DNA of 64,000 nucleotides from Centroscyllium fabricii (Eukaryota): contig JBNRSN020000001.1 in NCBI GenBank assembly GCA_051313645.2, positions 133,238,001 to 133,302,000 of the forward strand. The letters are read 5' to 3'. Under the pieces are notes generated by a model. It was given only the letters and a program-made list of their open reading frames with translations, searched no databases and had not been told where the DNA came from. The first letter of the stretch is position 1. The number at the start of each line of letters is the position of its first letter. Shown here in pieces: positions 60,751 through 64,000 of this stretch. A program made the translations under genes and the position numbers.

Positions 60751-61250
60751 GGTGGTCAATGAGGTTGACAGCCATGGAGGGAAGATCTCTAGAGGAGATG
60801 AGGTCAGTGACAGTCTTGGAAACAATGCCTTGATGTTTGACAGTGGGGTCATGGTCCAGGGGGAGGTAGGAAGAGGTGTCAGAGTTGGCGTTCAGCCTCC
60901 GCACAGTAGAGGTCGGTTTGCCAAACAACAACAGCACCACCCTTGTCAGCAGGTTTAATGACAAATGTTAGCGTCGGATCGGAGAGAACGGAGAGCTGCA
61001 TGTTCAGAGGGAGGTAGGTTGGAGTGAGTGAGGGGAGCAGCAAAATTGAGATGGCCGATGTCACGCCTTGTTCGCAATGAAAAGACCTAGAGAGAGTAAG
61101 AGGCGAGAGGGAGGGCTCCAGGTAGAAAGAGAATTCTGAAAGAGCGGGGTGGGGGGGGGGGGGGGGGGTGCGGTGGGGGGAGACTCCTGGCCAAAGAATT
61201 GGGCATAGACAAGAAGCTGTTGATGATTCTGCCATTGCCATTTACACCTC
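60751..61250 (-). mobile_element. Penelope-like element, upstream RT portion
   Basis: VIKPADKGGAVVVW and SYLPLDHDPT motifs. Confidence 0.85.
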
Positions 61251-61280
61251 ATCTAGAGTCATCTTTTGTTTAGACTCATA

Positions 61281-61971
61281 GGGGGTAAAAAGGAGTCGTG
61301 CGCCCCTTGGGGTGGTAACTTCGCCGGGGCGCTACTTTTAGCGCCCCCACGACCGAAATTGAGTTGTAGCGCCCCAAGAGGAAAGTGGGCCGCTACTGGA
61401 AACGCCCCACCTCCCTCTTGGGGTGCTGCAAGGGAATATCGTGGCGCTATGTACCGCAGTATCGCAGGCCTTCCCCTTCTTAAAGGGGAGGGGCCTTGCG
61501 CAGCTTGACCTGGGGCCCAGCTGGGCCACCAGGGATCGGAGTGCCGGCAAAAGAGACCGGCACTCGAAGTGCCGGGCTCATGGAGCACATCCGGCACTTC
61601 ACGGGTGGGGGGCAGGTCAGGAGGCCGCGTTGGGGGGGGAGCAGAGGCAGGTGCTGGCAGGTGGCCAGCAACAAAAATGGCCGCCTGGCACCTTGCGTTT
61701 AAATAGCGCCATCAGGTATGCCCCCCCGCCCGACCCCGTTGGACATAGCGTCCGGCGGTAAGTCGGGGTGCTACCGAAGACCGTGGCCAGGGTGCTGCGC
61801 ACGGCGATGACGTTATCGCCAGCAGCACCGCGAGACGCTAATGGTTACTGCTGCTGCTAACCTGCCGCTGAATTTCGCAGGAGGCGTTGGCGGTGCAGCG
61901 CCTGGGCGCTAGTTGCTTTTGCACCCCGTTAGTGCCCTAACTGGAGGAGCAAAGCAACCGAATTTTTCCCC
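61281..61971. mobile_element. Harbinger family 2 MITE
   Basis: Right end GCAAAGCAACCGAATTTTTCCCC is the reverse complement of 24290-24312. Confidence 0.72.
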
Positions 61972-61972
61972 T

Positions 61973-63066
61973 ACAGAGTCATAACGGCACAGAAGGAGGC
62001 CATTCGGCCCATTGAGTCTATGCCGGCTCTCTGTCCAGTCAGTCCCATTCCCCTGCTCCAACCCCGTAGCATTGCAAGTTTATTTCCCTCAAGTGCCTAT
62101 CTAGTCTCCCCTTGAAAACATTGAGTGTCTCGCTTCCACCACTTCCATCAGCAACGAGTTCCAGGTCCTCACCATTTGCTGCGTAAAAGAGTTTCTCCTC
62201 ACATCCCCCCTGAACCTCTTGCCCAAAACCTTAAATCTGTGTCCCCTAGTCCTTGTACCATCAACTAGTGGGAACAGCCTATCCAAACCCATCATAATCT
62301 TGTACACCTCTATCAAATTGTATATTGTGCTCTACATAAAGTTAAAGAAAGGTTCTTGGACTACACTTTCATTCGGTGAGATTCTCGCTGGAGCCTCACC
62401 CACCAACAAAGTGGAATTGTTAGTTACCCCTTATAAGCTCATGACAATTTAGTAAAAGAATTTTATATCAGTTGATTGCTATGATTAGTCAACACCTCCA
62501 TTATCGTTGTATCAGGAGATTAAACTGGAGTATTACATGGGCGGCACGGTGGCATAGTGGTTAGCACTGTTGCCTCACAGCACTAGAGACCCGGGTTCAA
62601 ATCCAGCCTCGGGTACTATCTGTGGAGTTTGCACATTCTCCCCGTTTCTGCGTGGGTTTCCTCCGGGTGCTCCGGTTTCCTCCCACAGTCCAAAGATGTG
62701 CGGGTTAGGTTGATTGGTCAGGATAAATTGACCCTTAGTGTTAGGGGGATTAAATATGTGGGGTTACGGGGATACGGTGAGATGTGTGTCGGTGCAGGCT
62801 CGAGAGGGATATGGGGAGAGGGCAGGGGCGGGGTACTGGGTTTGGATGATCAGCCATGATCTCATCGAATGGCGGAGCAGGCTCGAAGGGCCGAATGGCC
62901 TACTCCTGCTCCTATCTTCTATGTTTCTATGTTTCAAATCACCCCTCAACCTCCTTTGCTCTAATGAAAACAAATCCAGCTTCTCCAACCTGTCCTTGTA
63001 GCTAAGATCCCCCATCCCCAGAACTATTCTGGTAAATCTCCTCTGCACCCTCGCAAGGGCCTTCAC
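61973..63066 (-). mobile_element. CR1 family B 3' fragment split by a composite insertion at 62319-62934
   Basis: Reverse complement of 8863-9357; CAAAT duplicated at the break. Confidence 0.85.
62539..62934 (+). mobile_element. HE1-type SINE with CR1-derived tail
   Basis: A/B boxes, V-domain, TTCTATGT repeats. Confidence 0.9.
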
Positions 63067-64000
63067 AACGAGGACAAATATGTCTTCAACACAACCCGTC
63101 TCTGTATCCTCGGCTGCGTAGTGAAAAATGGGGTAATTGGACTGGACCCTGACTGATTACGCCCCCTGAAGGAACTGCCCCTGCCACACAATTCACAATT
63201 CAAAAGGCTTTATTGGCATGAATTGTATCAACCGTTGTTGCCAAAGCAGTGCAACATACATAAGAATATTACATTAGTAGAACATTTTAACATACATAAG
63301 AATAATACATTAGTAGACGTACTACATAGAATAATACATTAGTAGACTTATTGACAACCGTACATTAGTTACGCACACATGTACATTTATACCCGCATAT
63401 AGAGCTTGTATGCTCATCCTAGCTTCAATGTCAATGGTCACTGGTTGTCCCTCTGCTTATGGCAAGCTGTGACGTAGTTTGCCGCAAGTTTTATACATTC
63501 CCTCTGTTCCCCTAGTAGGTATGGGAGTTTCTGGTGGTCGGTCAAATTTTTGAATTCAGGGCATGCTGTTGCAAATTTTGGGAAGAAATTTCCCCTTATT
63601 CCCTGATAATTTTCGCAAGTTGTGAGGAAGTGCAGCTCTGTCTCCACCACTCCCTGACTGCAGTGGGAGCACAGCCTTTCCTCTCTGGGCAGCCAAGTCT
63701 TTCTGTGTCTGCCTTTTTCGATGGCTAGGCTGTGCTCGCAAAGTCTGTACATTGTCAGAGTTTTTCTCAGTTTGCTATCTTTCACCATGGACAGGTAGTC
63801 CGCCATACAATCCCAAAGCCTTAAAAAGGTGCCTGGGATTTTTTTCGTATTATGCTCAATGGGTGCCCAATTACTCCGATAAGGCCCGACCCCTCATTAA
63901 ATCGACGTCCTTCCCACTATCAGCTGAAGCTCGGGTGGCCTTCACCAGTATTAAACAGGATATTGAAAAGGCTGCAATGTGTGCAGTGGACAAAAGCATC
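63067..64000 (+). mobile_element. Ty3/Gypsy pol fragment (RT thumb/connection), interrupted by a LINE
   Basis: ILGCVVKNGVIGLDP...ELPLPH|NPKALKRCLGFFSYYAQWVPNYSDKARPL. Confidence 0.8.
63193..63806 (-). mobile_element. RTE-X-like LINE 3' fragment, near-identical to 15790-16430
   Basis: 122-aa ORF differs from the long copy at two residues; TSD ACAAT. Confidence 0.92.

Noticed and set aside
34551-64000. Terminal ARHGAP42 exon (second half of SH3, expected ...EPGW...GLVPENYV)
   Set aside because: No matching peptide found by eye; probably beyond the window, though a short exon could have been missed.

Overview
Eukaryotic (vertebrate) genomic DNA, most likely a cartilaginous fish, judging from HE1-type SINEs, abundant CR1 LINEs and Penelope-like elements. 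The only host gene is the 3' part of ARHGAP42 (GRAF3) on the + strand: five coding exons with GT-AG boundaries and consistent phases at 3087-3237, 17908-18300, 18388-18550, 23408-23470 and 34471-34550 (start of the SH3 domain). The terminal SH3 exon was not found, so the last intron runs past the window end. Most of the rest is intronic, often nested transposable-element sequence: (1) four to five two-gene PIF/Harbinger transposons (DDE transposase plus spliced Myb/SANT partner) and many Harbinger and Tigger-like MITEs; (2) CR1-group, Rex1-like and RTE-X-like LINEs, including one uninterrupted 968-codon ORF2; (3) a Gmr1-type Gypsy element and several solo LTRs; (4) Penelope-like elements; (5) SINEs. 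Most notable are two Penelope-derived fold-back palindromes (487-bp and 108-bp arms) carrying minimal hammerhead ribozymes on both strands, a non-autonomous Gmr1 element with a foreign lysine/arginine-rich segment fused in frame to Gag-protease, a truncated LINE ORF2 given an in-frame ACCATGG start by its target site, SINE tail swapping, and a stop-free in-frame 87-nt intron. All calls were made by eye; no database searches were run.
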